64,000 nt of DNA from Ascidiella aspersa (taxonomy: Eukaryota): positions 30,070,001 to 30,134,000 of the forward strand of contig OZ004609.1 in the NCBI GenBank assembly GCA_963924565.1, written 5' to 3'. Under the pieces are notes generated by a model. It saw nothing but the letters and a program-made list of their open reading frames with translations. It was not told the DNA's origin and did not search any database. This document shows, piece by piece, positions 1 to 17,260 of this stretch. A program made the position numbers and the translations under genes. Every line of letters starts with the position of its first letter. The stretch's first letter is position 1.

Positions 1-335
1 TTTGTCATAGCGATGGTAAAACACACCAACTTGCTATATTGATTTCACAAAAAAATAATTTGTGGCACGTGATATTCATGTAAGAAAAAAAATACAGAAT
101 TTCGCGTCATTAATCAATGACGCATTCCTCAAAAAAATTGGTCGACTAATTTCGGTAAGCCTTCTCGAAGGCACCTGATGTTCATATAAGAATAATCGCA
201 TGATAAACTGGTTTCTCGAACGAATTAAATCTCATTAACGATTTCCGACCATTAAAAGCAGAGCATTTCGTATCAAAAAAACGTCCGCAAATGCTCCGCT
301 CTCCGTATTTTACCCCTCGCCTTCTCTCCGCGCAG

Positions 336-5393
<5,058 letters not shown>

Positions 5394-8300
5394 AGGACTC
5401 TTACACCCTGCATAAAAGCGCAAGCGGGGTCCCTAAGAGGGTTGGGCCAAGTACCACGACAACGTCATTGATGACGTTGGCTGCTTGAACAATGATGACG
5501 TGACGCTCGCGCTGTGTGTCGTCATCGAATTTTGTGACGTCACGCGCCGCCCTGCCGCGAGCCGCCGCGATCTCGTTAACCAAGCACTTACGGAACTCAC
5601 GTATTATTATTATGTCACCAACATCCGGCCGCAAGTTGTCTTTAAGCGAATATACGTGTAATAATTATTTGTTGTTTTCTACTCGAAAATCGGAATCTCG
5701 GAACATTTGAAAAGTGACCATTGTTATGACGTCATTACCATTGCGAGAGCTGGATTTACTCGTAACAGCTCCGTTTAAAAAAAAATAAAATGAGTTATTA
5801 TTTGTTATTTACCGTTAAGAAAATATTTTTAATAAATTATAGTAGCGCTGTTTAATATTTAGCTGTCACGTCATTCGTGACGTTATCTACCATCTTATAT
5901 GACGTCATTTTGCTATATTCTGCTCGAAGCGGGTAGGTATTTTTTCGTTTATGCACCCTTGCGCTCTCGCGTTCCGCTAACTGTGACGTCGAATTTGGTG
6001 TATGAATGACGTCACGGATAAATTATGTCATAGTGACGTTGTTTTGTGGTTCTTGTACATAGAAAAAGCGAATCTTCGGAACGGTTAGTCGTAATTGCGT
6101 CAGTCTATGTGACCGCCGCGAGCCATAAATGCATAATTGCGCCTTGTTATTATTTTTCACGAAATATTATCGTTTTCTGTATCGCCGTCACGCGCAGGGT
6201 GGCTCTCCGGACTTCAAAAATCGTCGTGCTACAAATAAAAAAATGAGAAAAGGAGGTAAAGTTTGAAATTAATTTACACACACTCGTAAATCCGTTGAAA
6301 TTCGGACGCGGCAAATAATTACTGGCGTCCAAAACGATTGCTCCTTGAGAGCGCTGAAAGTAGAAAAGCTGTGCCAATGAGTTGTTGTATTCGGAAATTA
6401 GTTGTTGTCTACAGGATTCATTCCTTGTCTACGGGATTTTAATGCGTTGTGTAGCCACCCTTGCGTTAAAAACGTTTTGTTCCGCGCTGTATTTATCACA
6501 TTTCTAGTTTTTTTTGCGTTGCGTCGCGTATATAGCCTCCTCTCATATCAATTTATCGTCGGTCGCTTCTTGAAAATACCCTCCTTCTCCTTGCGTCCAG
6601 TTAATTGGCCCTCGGAATCGATTTTCTTTGAAATCTGCCGACTTTTGATTGGCGCGTATCAACCAATGGCTATGCACTATTGGGTCACGTGATTTGTTGT
6701 GTGTCCGGTTTTGCGTTTAAAGTCTCAAGAAAGGCAGTTGTAATAATTATTTCTAGTTTTGTGTTAAACTTTACACGACGGTCCACCCTACAACGAAATT
6801 TTCTGTGTAATCAACTATTAACCTAAATTTTCGTTTTTGTTCATGAAAGCAGGTCTAATAAAGTATGATCAAGTGGTGCGTTAAAAAAATTGGTCACATA
6901 AATAGTTACATAAAGTTTTACCCTTATGAAAGCATATAAAATCGTTTATGTGGCTTTGGTATGCGAAAAAATATTAAACTAAACTGAGACGGAAAAAAAT
7001 AATAACCGTTTTCGATTTTTGCTTTCAAAGTGTTTTTAGGATCCTGACCCACTTTTTTTTGAAAAAGGATTTTTTTTTAATTTTTCTGATGCGACTAGGT
7101 TGCGGGAAAGCCTTTTTTAATTTTTAACCAATAAAATCGAAGCAGCTAAAGTACTTGGTAGCTTGACAGCATACAACTAAGAAAGTAAATGCATCTATTT
7201 TGTTTGTGCGTTTTCCGTTTGTTTGAGTGGTGCTAAGGCTGTGCGCAATTAGAAAAAAAAAATTGAAAGATTAATTGAAAATACGTATTAGGACAAAAAA
7301 AACAGATACGTTAAACAGCTGTATTATGCAAATTAATTTTTCTCCAAAATCATTACCAGTCTTGATTTGTGATCGTATGTTTTATTACAATCTTATTTTT
7401 AGTGCTCAATTAAAACAGTAAAAATGTTGGTATCTGTGTGTTTTTGGATACTCTTTTCATTTCAAAGTCATTTCGACACGTCTCAAATGGTAATTGCACA
7501 ACTTTTAATTGCTTTATGTGTTCTGTTGAAGCCTCCTTTAAAAACTATATGAATTTGCTTTTTGCCATCCTTCAGCTTTTGAATTAGATATTTTTGATAA
7601 AGAAAATCTCTCGCGATTTGCTATCCCTTCATGCGCGCTAGAGGGTATTTTTCTGTTTTTTGTTGTTGCTGTAATCTGTCAATTTTTACTCACGAACCTC
7701 GCGGCCGTCGTACAGTCGTAGAAATAAAGCCGCTCGGTTAACAAATAAAAACACCCTTAATTCTGTGCCAAAGCAACAACGGGCGCAAAATGTAAATCCG
7801 AAAAATTTACGCCGTGCAATTTCTTCTGCTTGCTTTGTAAAGCGCTGATCGGTGTATTTCCTTTCCATATATCTCCTTTTCTCCTTGTCTATCCTCTTTT
7901 GCTCGCTGATTTGACTCTTGAAAAGTCGTTGTTGGGTTCGGTCGTAAGGTCGCCGCCGCCAGTTATGTTGCGCAGGCGGGGCGAACGCAGCAGACGACCA
8001 TTTTACGCATGTTTAGTTTTCGAACGCGATATGTACAAAAAAATAAACGAAGGTACCACAAACGAAAAGTTTTCTCAAGACATATAAGTATATATTAATT
8101 AGATCATAGAGTTTCGCACAATTACGAGCCCCGATTTCTGTTATGTGAAGTCGCGAGGTCCCCAATCTTGTGCAAAAGCCTAAGCTGCTTTGTGATAATC
8201 AACGCCTGGTGCTGGTTGCATCGGGCGTCAAACGCAAAGCAACATAATCTATCTATTTTTACAATAATTTTATTAATGCTTAATGCTTTCCTAGCATGGC

Positions 8301-8902
8301 ATTCTGAATAGTTTGACCCAAAGAATTGAACAATCGTCATGAAAATGAAGTCCGTTTTTTAATGATTTAAGGCCGAAATCAGTATTGAGTAGCCCATATT
8401 GAATACTAAGGTTTATTTACCCCACGTTTGCTCGGCCTCTAGTCTTGCATGCATTTTGCCACAATAATTAGCTGAAAATAAACTAATGAATTTTTGGCCT
8501 CATTTAAAAGTAAATGTGCATAAATCGTCCATTTTCTGTCGATAAATTGCTTTCATTTTAACCTGAAATCCCATAAATCTTAGTAATTTTGGAAAAGTTT
8601 AAAGACTAGTATTGTTGCAATAAATGGCATTGTCCAATTTAGAAAAATAACCAACCAAATAAACACAAATACTACAAAAAATGCTATGTTGACTAACCGT
8701 TTAATATTTTTCTTAAGTAAAAGTTCAAGTTTAGAGTTGCTTTTCAACTGTTCAAACCAAAAAATTGCCTAAAACTAACCACTGCTTTAGGAACCAGAGT
8801 TTGTCAATTAAGAAACCCCATTAAGCGTTATCGCAAAATTTATTTAGCGTTATATTTTACAGAAGCAAGTTGTAGGGGCCTCCTCTTTTTAATGCGATAA
8901 AA

Positions 8903-9169
8903 ATGTCGAGCGAATCTGTACGAGGCACTCTGACGACACCCGGCGGCACAGTTGAGAATTTTGAAGCGCCGCTGTGTGGCGACACCGAAGATCTAAAGCA
9001 GGCAGTACTGACGATGCAAGGGCTGGTCGGTAAAAGTATTACCGAGAAAATCGAAGCGGCAAAAACAAACGAACCGGCGCGAAAAAAGAGCAAAAAGTCC
9101 GGAAAGATCGAAGAGGATGTTGCAGCGACCGAAGAAGAGACAGAGGCAGTGGAAGATCAGAGTTCATAA
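8903..9169 (+). CDS. Small protein, probable EKC/KEOPS complex subunit GON7 (C14orf142/LAGE3-partner-like)
   Basis: 88 aa, AAAATG start context, acceptor-like ttttacag ending 8862, AATAAA near 9652. Pattern: beta-hairpin (GTLTTPGGTVENF), amphipathic helix (LKQAVLTMQGLVGKSITEKIE), then basic/acidic tail, matching the fungal Gon7 pattern YxxPxG..F...LR..L..LQ..IN..LT..ME as recalled. Confidence 0.6.
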   Translation: MSSESVRGTLTTPGGTVENFEAPLCGDTEDLKQAVLTMQGLVGKSITEKIEAAKTNEPARKKSKKSGKIEEDVAATEEETEAVEDQSS

Positions 9170-12100
9170 TGCTGGTCGCGTTCCAAGTTGTAATCGTGGT
9201 TCTCGAAGTCAGCGTGTTCCTTCACGTTCATTTTTTCCGGGTCAGTTTCACTCCCGTCCTCGTGATGTTCGCCGGTGGGATGCTCTTCCTTGTACCTCGG
9301 ATCGTCGTGTGCTTGTTCGCCTGCACACAACAGTCCGGTTGTTAAGAATGTCCGATAAATGAAATACTTGTCCGATACTTTGGTGATTTCGGTGCCGATC
9401 CGCTAACGATTAATTTGCGCATTTCAGTCTTGTTTTGCGATCCAATGTAGAGTTTTACATCCTAAAAGTTTAAGTTTTTTCATAAAATTAAATTTAAGTT
9501 TGAAGGTTATAGACTTTGCCGCGCAAAGGAGTTTCAGCGTAATAATAACAACTATCCTTTTGGCCCAAATATTGGGATGAAACGCAAAGTATCGGACATA
9601 TGTAATACTATACCTTCGTGTGCTTTTTAAGCTTTTTTATATTTTGCGTAAAATAAAATAAACGCAATTTGCGTAGCTTGGTTTGTAATTTTTAGGATGT
9701 AGAAATACAAGTGCAGAAAAAGTGTTGTCAAAAACAGACACTTGTTACATATTTCGTCCCATGTTTAAGCGCTTTTTGCACCTTGCTTACACCTGATTAA
9801 AACCGGCATTTCAGCCCTATAAACATAACCTTTTTACCCTAAATTACGTGTTACCTGGAAAATAATTAACGAGTTTACAAAAAAGAAAGGCTTATTCTTG
9901 ATGCCGTAGCTGGTTTGCATTCAGGTATTAAAATATTTTTTGCTCTTTTCCAAAATATCGCGTATATGAATCCAAATATAATAGTCTACAAAGCGCAGAA
10001 CATTCCTTGTTTTGGAGCATGATGGTTGGAGGTTGTAGTAAGACGTAATAAGAAAATCAAAGCCCATACAGAAGTAGCCATCAATTTGAACGTTTCGAAT
10101 AACTCTTTATTCATTTGATGAATATTTCTTATTATTCCTTGTTTAGCTATGCAATTTCTTTAAGCAATGTTTGGAAATTAATCGGCTCACCCTCCTGGTG
10201 TAAAACGGCCTTGGCTAGGAACTCTTTCTCCTCCGCCTCCCACTTCGCTCTTCTCTCCTCCTCATCTTTGACGGTGTCGATGGGATGCATCTGATCGTGC
10301 CAGGAAGAGTCGTACTCGGCACCCCCTTCGTCCTCACTATGCTAAGGTACCATTTAAACATAAATTAGTATTAACATTGTTTTAAACCGGAATTTTATTT
10401 GGACAAACCCCGTCTTATTAAACTAAACGAAAGCCACTTGCAAACCGGGACATCAAATTAGATAGACCAACTTAAAATCCTCTTTGTCGCAAGATCTAGT
10501 GCCGACTTTTGTCCCTTTGTTGCAAAGTTGTCTATTTAGGAGCCATCCGGTTGGCTTTAAATTTAGAGATTTAGAATTGTTTCGAGATTCAGTAAAAAAA
10601 CTGAGGGAAGATCACTTAACAATAGCCTATACTTGTTTTTAGGTTAAGTCACTTCGATTTATTTGTTGTAGCGTGGCGCTAAAAGTATATGCTTTATTTC
10701 AAATCCTTTTTTGCCGAATTAAAAAAGTTAGTCCATTACAAGTAAGGCAACGTCTGCGCGTTTTGTGTTTTTGCCAAAAATAACTTAAATACTCACCGTT
10801 ATAACTTGATTGGCACCGTTTGTTTCAATAAATGCTTTTATGGACCCCACATCAACATTGCCGAGGTATTTCACACTCTAGAATGAAAAACAGTTTACGC
10901 ACATTATTTTGACGTGCAGTTAGTAAATCAGATGCAGCAAGTCAAGGCTCGAAAAATTAGTCGGCACAGGGACCGACGGTAGGCCTATGTCGGAGGTCGT
11001 GAGTTCAGAACTCACTGCGGGCAAGTTGTTCTAGCTTGGCCTTGCTTGCATCATTTTTCGACAGATTCGGTTAGTCTATTAAGGCTTCCGGAGTACTGTT
11101 TCAATGAAGTGTTTTAAATCGTTGATAAAAAACGACTTAAGAAAGACTTGGTTACAGTTGTTGTACACGTGTGTATTGTGTATCCTATGTATCTTTTATT
11201 TATTAAAATAGTTCAGATCAGAAGTTTTTAGTAGTTTAACAATAGGCCCACTGCGATTTTTGTAACAAAAAAGTGTAAAATTTTAGTTCCATAATTGCAC
11301 ACCGCATTTCGTTAGACAACAAAGACTTCTTAATAATAATTGAGTTATTGACGTCATAGCTGATTTATTTTTTATTTTTATACGCTTATTTAAAAATTTA
11401 GTAGGCCTAACACTAGCATATAGCCCCAGATCCATAAAAAACCTTAATCCGGCCCTGTAGGCCTATATACCTCTCCATTGGTTCGAAACATCTTGAAGCT
11501 TGGATACTTGATGTGAACGTCAATTTCTCCATCGTTTGTTGCCACGTTCATCTTGCCGAACGTGATGGTCTTGTTGCTTCTCATGTCTTTGGCCACCTGG
11601 TTGTAAACTCCCTGGGCCGAGTCCGAAGCGTCGTCGTTAGGTACGTCTGAATGAATGGTTAACATTTATTTTCTGGCCTAAATCGTCCGAATATTTTTGC
11701 TTCCTTAACTACTTAACCATCGGAAATGACTCCATTTTGGGTCAAGTTATTTGCGAAATACCAAGTCGCAGTCTAGCCTTTTTGCAAACAACCGTTCAAT
11801 TAAAGTTGTGCATTGGCTTCAAAACGAAAAGTCTATGCAAAAGTTGTTCGATTCAAAGTTTTGTTTAGACTTGTTTAAATAAAATTAACTTTTGCAATAC
11901 CAAACAATGTTTTAATGAAACCACTTCAAAAACAAACTGTGACTAAATTAGAAACAACCCTGGATGATAACGTAAACAAAACGACCTAATTTAGGTCATT
12001 CCACCTCACTAACTAAAGTCAAGTCAGTTAGAGTATAGTACAAAAACTTTGTTATCACACATTTGATAGCTTTACCTGAGAGTTTACAATATGATCTTCT

Positions 12101-15100
12101 ATCGAATTTAAACAAAAATCCCTAAGTGCTTGCATGATAGCCTACTCAACAGGGACAGTTTTCATAAGAAATTATGGCGCACCTAGAATCGGTTAACGTA
12201 TAGCGAGAAAAATGACATAAAACTTTACCAAATTTGTTTTGAAGCCGCACGCCATCTAACCGGATTTAATCAGCCATACTTACAATACATCATGAAGACC
12301 ACTCTCGTCTTGTCGTGGATGTAATTGTCATAAGTGGATCCCACTATGACCTTCACGTCATACATGTTCCAGTCTGTCGGCGGCTCATCGCTCCTAATGC
12401 TTCGCTGCGAAAGCATTAAAGTTAAGATTTTTGCTAACACACTTAAAAACATTGTTCAATGGAATATTAGTATTTATCACATGGCTTTTCATGTCATTAT
12501 TTTTAAGTTACCCATGTAAGTGCGCCAAAATTAGCAAGGATACATCTCTTTATTAACGCGTCAGTGCAATCTCATTCTGTGTTACTTCATTATATCGGTA
12601 AATCGCAATTTACTCAAAAAACATCATATTCTATATTCTTCAGTTGTGTATATGAAAATTAAACGGTATAGGCTACTTTGCCGTGATAGGCTTAAGGAAT
12701 ATATGCTACCATCGTACTCTAAACGAGGTGCTTAATTTTTGACGTTAGGCATATGTTTTATCGAATTTTCGCGACCTTCTAAATATATGTTAGCTTCAAA
12801 ACCTACAATAAAACGTCGGTAGCCTTTCAGCATAGGTAGGCTAAGGTTATAAAATTTTGCTCACGTAATGTCGTTTTCTGTTAGCGAAATCTCTTGAGCT
12901 TTTATTTTAAAAGAAAGTTGTTAGTCGTAATATTTTCTATTGTTTGCGAATCAATTAAATTCGTTTTTTTATTCAAAGGAACATCAAAGCTATATAGGAA
13001 CAATGATTGTTTATGAAAAATTGTTGATGATTAGGCCTATAGCATCTAGCCAAAGCGCGACCCCTAACCATCGCGGACCGCATTTCACAAGGTTCGAAAC
13101 TCACGTCGACTCTTCCCTCCATAACGTCGCTGGTGAACTTGGCAAAAGCGTCGGTCGAAAAGTCGCTCCTGGGCGGCTTGAAGCGGGAATGGTACTTGTC
13201 CACTTTGGTCATGCGATTGCAGGGCAACTCCTTGGTAGTGTCGATGTGGTAGAAGTTGAGGCTCTGACGAGAATCCTCGTGCGCAGTGTCAACGTGCACG
13301 AATACGACCTTCGAGTCCTGGCGAAAGGAGTCAGGTGAAACACTAGTTGTATAAAAGTATAACACAAAATATCAACTGTTGCTCGATTGAAAATACCTAT
13401 CCCTCGGCATTTTGAATTTTACCAACTACTTTGACAATATTCATCTTGCAGATAAGCTATGAGCATGATTTTATGACAAATTGACTAAAATCAAAAAAAA
13501 TTTTTTTCAAATAAAAATTGCAATCTTTTCAAAATATGGCTTTATGTTATTTTTTAAGGTAAAATAAACTCAATTTGGGTAATTGGTCGAACATTAGAGT
13601 TTTTGTTTTAACATATATGCAAAACCACCAAACATCATTCTAGTTAACAGCAATTCAAAAGAATTCTGCACTCGGCAGCCAATTGGGATAATTTTCGGAG
13701 TTACGTAACTGAACTGTGCTAATCAATTAAACAGCTCGGGTAAAATAATTAGAAGTTAAAGGCACATAGACAAAAAAACAGCAAAATATTTTCTGATTTT
13801 TCATTAGACTATGTCTTTTAAATCAGTTCATAGGAGACAGGGTAACAGGGTAACAGGATAACTTAATGTTGATCTTTTTGGTTAGAACTTACTTTGTCTT
13901 GGTGTCTTTAGGTATACAGCTACAATTGTGAAGTTTTTATTTACATATTTCAGTTTCACCTATACCTTATCTTACTCTAAATTTGTACCAAATTTAAGTC
14001 TATAATAGTACAATTGCTAGATCATACCTCCTAAAAAGTCTAATAGCGCCTTTTTACAACGTTACACCAGTGTAAATCGTTAGTCCTTTAATTTACTTAC
14101 ATTGGTTTGAAACTTTCTTGCCGCCTCCTTGAAATTACTGAAGGTTTCTTGATAGTTTCTATCTTTGCTAGACATGAACAGCAAGTGCTGGTAAATTTTG
14201 CCGGAATCGTAAATACGATGATTGTACTACAAAAAGAATAACAGAAAAATGATGAGTTTTATTAAAACAAACTGAATTTAAAGTGCTAAAAATATATTCG
14301 TATGCTGCCCAATTCAATCAGCAGTGGGAAGTGTGATAAAGAGATGCCTGAATGATATGGTTCAAAAGTTGTTACTTACACCGATTTGATTGTGTTTGTA
14401 GACGACGGGAACAGTTTCATAATCCACAAATTTCAGAAGCTCATTAAAGTTCGATGCGTCGCCTTTGAAAACCTCCTTGTTTCCGTCTTCAAACTAAAAC
14501 GAAAAGTTAGCACCAGATAAATTTAGTTCATTGGATAGTTCATTGGAAATCAGACAACAAAGCAATTTATCCTTGCGAACCAGCATTGTGGAAAACTACG
14601 ATTTTAAGTCTTTTTGTTTTTGTGTTTTTTTTTAATGTTTTTGAGTTTTGTATGGTCGCGAAAGATGTTGGATTGTTGGTGTTGCAAACAGACTTCTATA
14701 ATTTCCTTTCTTGTATTTATTTAGCCTACTTTATGGGTAACCTCCATTGTTTTAAAACCATAAAATGAACTTTAAATTCCCCCAAAAATCTTTTCGCTCC
14801 TTAATAACTTCTTACGTACATAAATCTACCTGTTATGTCACCAATCGCTACGTAAGTTGGTAAATCATGGAAACCTTGCATTTAATTTTTTTATGCTAGC
14901 AAATTGCTTCACTGCAATATTTCAAATGACATGGCTTGCTCAAAAGTATGCTCATTTAGAAAAAATGTACCAACTTCACCTTCTTGTAAACGGAAACTGA
15001 TCCACTGGTTAGCGAAAGCGTCCTCGCAATCTGTGCTGACGTCACAACCGCGAACCTGGGCAAGGTCATTTTGGGGTCGTAGACGAAATACTCGCTCACT

Positions 15101-17120
15101 TGGTAGAAGTTCTTGAAAGCGTCATCGGGCTTTTTCTGTGATGATCAAAATGTGAATTAAAACAGAATGACTGTACGATACACAGGTTGTATTTAACGTT
15201 TAGTATTTAGGTCGCCGCGAAAATAGGTTTAGAAGCACGGTATTGACTGGACAACGCCGTTTTGTTATAACGGAACTTCGGTATAGCGCTTACCCCAGGA
15301 AAGCACCCGACCACGACGCAGGTTTCCTCGCGAAGATCGTCCAGTTCCTTGGGGATGTTGATTATTAGGGGAACGTTCATAGCAAGTTTCACCCAAGCGT
15401 CGATGTGCTCGTTCGTTATCTTGCCTGAAACACAGTGTTACATTCCCACCGAATTGTCTTAATATGATATACCAAGATAAAAGAAAAAGAGCCAGTTAAG
15501 CTGTGGCGACAATTGAAAAGCGATTACACATTTATTTATTGTTATTAAGTCTGCGAAGACATAATTGCCTTTCCTTAATTTATAAATAACTAAATTTCAA
15601 GAACACACAGACACAGCATGGCAGTTTATGAATCTACCGGCTTTTGTAAATGTAGGCAATATATATTTAAAACACAAAACATAGTCTAACATAAAAAATG
15701 TTACCCACAAAACTGGATAACGCAACAAATACAACAAACACATACAGAATAGTCCGGGGTTTATAATGGTCCCCGTTCTCATGGGTTACAGAGCAGTCTT
15801 TGAGGGGCCACGCGAGTATAAAACTTTATTTTTGCTGCTAAAATTTGTCATTTTTTTATGACTTCGGACACCTCCCTTGTAACGTTCTGTAACGTTTTAA
15901 CGTGATCAGCGGGAACACAAGCAGTTAAAAGTACATAGAAGAAATGCAGGTTGAGAACCGCCGTAGTAGACAGTGACTATGTCGAATTTAAGAATACCCT
16001 ATCAAATCCCTCTTTACTGTAACGATGAACGCATTTGTCGCGACAAAAATGATTTGCTTAAATGTTTAAGTTCTTTACCGTGGTAGTCGAATCGACGCCC
16101 GTTCTTGAACAGCATGACCATGGGAAGTTGAAAAAGTGGGAATTTGCGCTGAATCTCTAGTTCCTTCTCAGTGTTGACTTTTGCAACGTGAACGTCCGGG
16201 TTCGACTTGTCCAGCGTTTCCTCCATGTACGTCATCACCTTTTCAGCGTCTTTGCTCTCCTTGTCCTTACCGACTGAAAACACAAAGATAACTTTCCATA
16301 TGAATATGCCGTTGCTGCCAGGCATTGTTTCAATTGTAGAATTGTTGTTCCGGCACCACATTCTAAACGACGAGGCGTCGGTACTTTAATAATATTTTGC
16401 CGGACAATTCTACAGTTATAACTTTCCTATTTTTTCATATAAAAACCAAAATTGTTGATCAGATTAAACAAATGCGTTAAAGTAACGAGTTAAAACGGTA
16501 GTAACTGGACTCAAATCTTAGACCGGAATGTTTTTGATTGAACATTATTCAAATGACCTGTATTCCATTTACGCATCAGGGTTTAAAGGTTTGCTATATT
16601 AACAGGTATTGTTTTGCTTTCCTCACTCTTTTTTGGTTCTGTTTTGCTTTCCTTTCCGTGTTTCCTTACCTTTTACAAGTTAAAAACGTGATATAAGTTT
16701 TTTTGTGACCTTAACTGCAAATTTGCACACCGATTAGTTTTAATAACATAATTAAATGTTCTGCTGGAATTTGATTTCATGACAGTCCCATTAACTATTG
16801 TCTAAAATACTGTGCAGTTTAGATATGGCCCAACACTCCTCCTCAGTTTGTAATGATTAGAAATAGTTTACTAGTTAAAATTCCGATAAAATAATGTTTT
16901 AAGATTATTTAGCGGTCTTTCTACCATGTTTAGGTGTTTAAGCATACTCACAGAAAAACACGAGAACGAACTTATACTTCATCAGTGCGGCGAAGAAAGA
17001 GTGATCGTCAAGGACAAGGACACCATTCTCCCTTGGATAAAACTCATTCTCCGTCCTTTTGCAATCAGCATTTCCCGCTAGCGCGACAATTAAAACGGCC
17101 AGTAACGCCACCGTCTTCAT
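9157..17120 (-). CDS. Non-catalytic protein disulfide isomerase family member (signal peptide, a-b-b'-x-a'-c), 598 aa
   Basis: 12 GT-AG exons: 17120-16952, 16273-16079, 15424-15294, 15135-14980, 14493-14380, 14226-14101, 13317-13105, 12404-12284, 11646-11471, 10877-10797, 10341-10191, 9320-9157 (1797 nt, phases consistent). PDI hallmarks: ENGVLVL, VAKVN, KFEDG, VVFVHVD, x-linker RSDEPPTDWN..VKVIVG, KMNVATND, cis-Pro loops LP/YP, C-terminal HYEL. Minus-strand AATAAA at 8839-8844. Confidence 0.9.
10011..10108. repeat. About 100-bp interspersed repeat, copy 1 (copy 2 at 26140-26237)
   Basis: tttggagcat(g/a)atggttggaggttgta...tcaaagcccatacagaagta...tttgaacgtttc.aataactcttt occurs in both introns with scattered substitutions. 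Confidence 0.85.
10960..11190 (+). mobile_element. 5'-degraded tRNA-derived SINE-like copy related to the 27-kb array
   Basis: ggaggtcgtgagttcagaactcactgcgggcaagttgttctag...tgcttgcatcat...acagattcggttagtct aligns with the units at 27.1-27.9 kb. Confidence 0.75.
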
Positions 17121-17215
17121 AACTTTATCTTTCTTAACAAATCAACGTTCTATCAACTCTCTTTGCATTAAATGTAGCTGCCTACTGCTGATCTGTAATA
17201 TATGCAGCTGCATAC

Positions 17216-17260
17216 ACGTGTAACGATTGGCTTACGGCACCCGTGTACATTTACGATTGG
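17216..17260 (-). promoter_or_regulatory. Two CCAAT boxes, one in an ERSE-like CCAAT-N9-ACACG arrangement, upstream of the PDI-like gene
   Basis: Minus strand 17260-17242 reads CCAAT cgtaaatgt ACACG (ERSE consensus CCAAT-N9-CCACG); a second CCAAT-cgtt-ACACG lies at 17230-17217. Confidence 0.5.

Noticed and set aside
12940-13338. 132-aa plus-strand ORF
   Set aside because: Antisense shadow of PDI-like exon 7.
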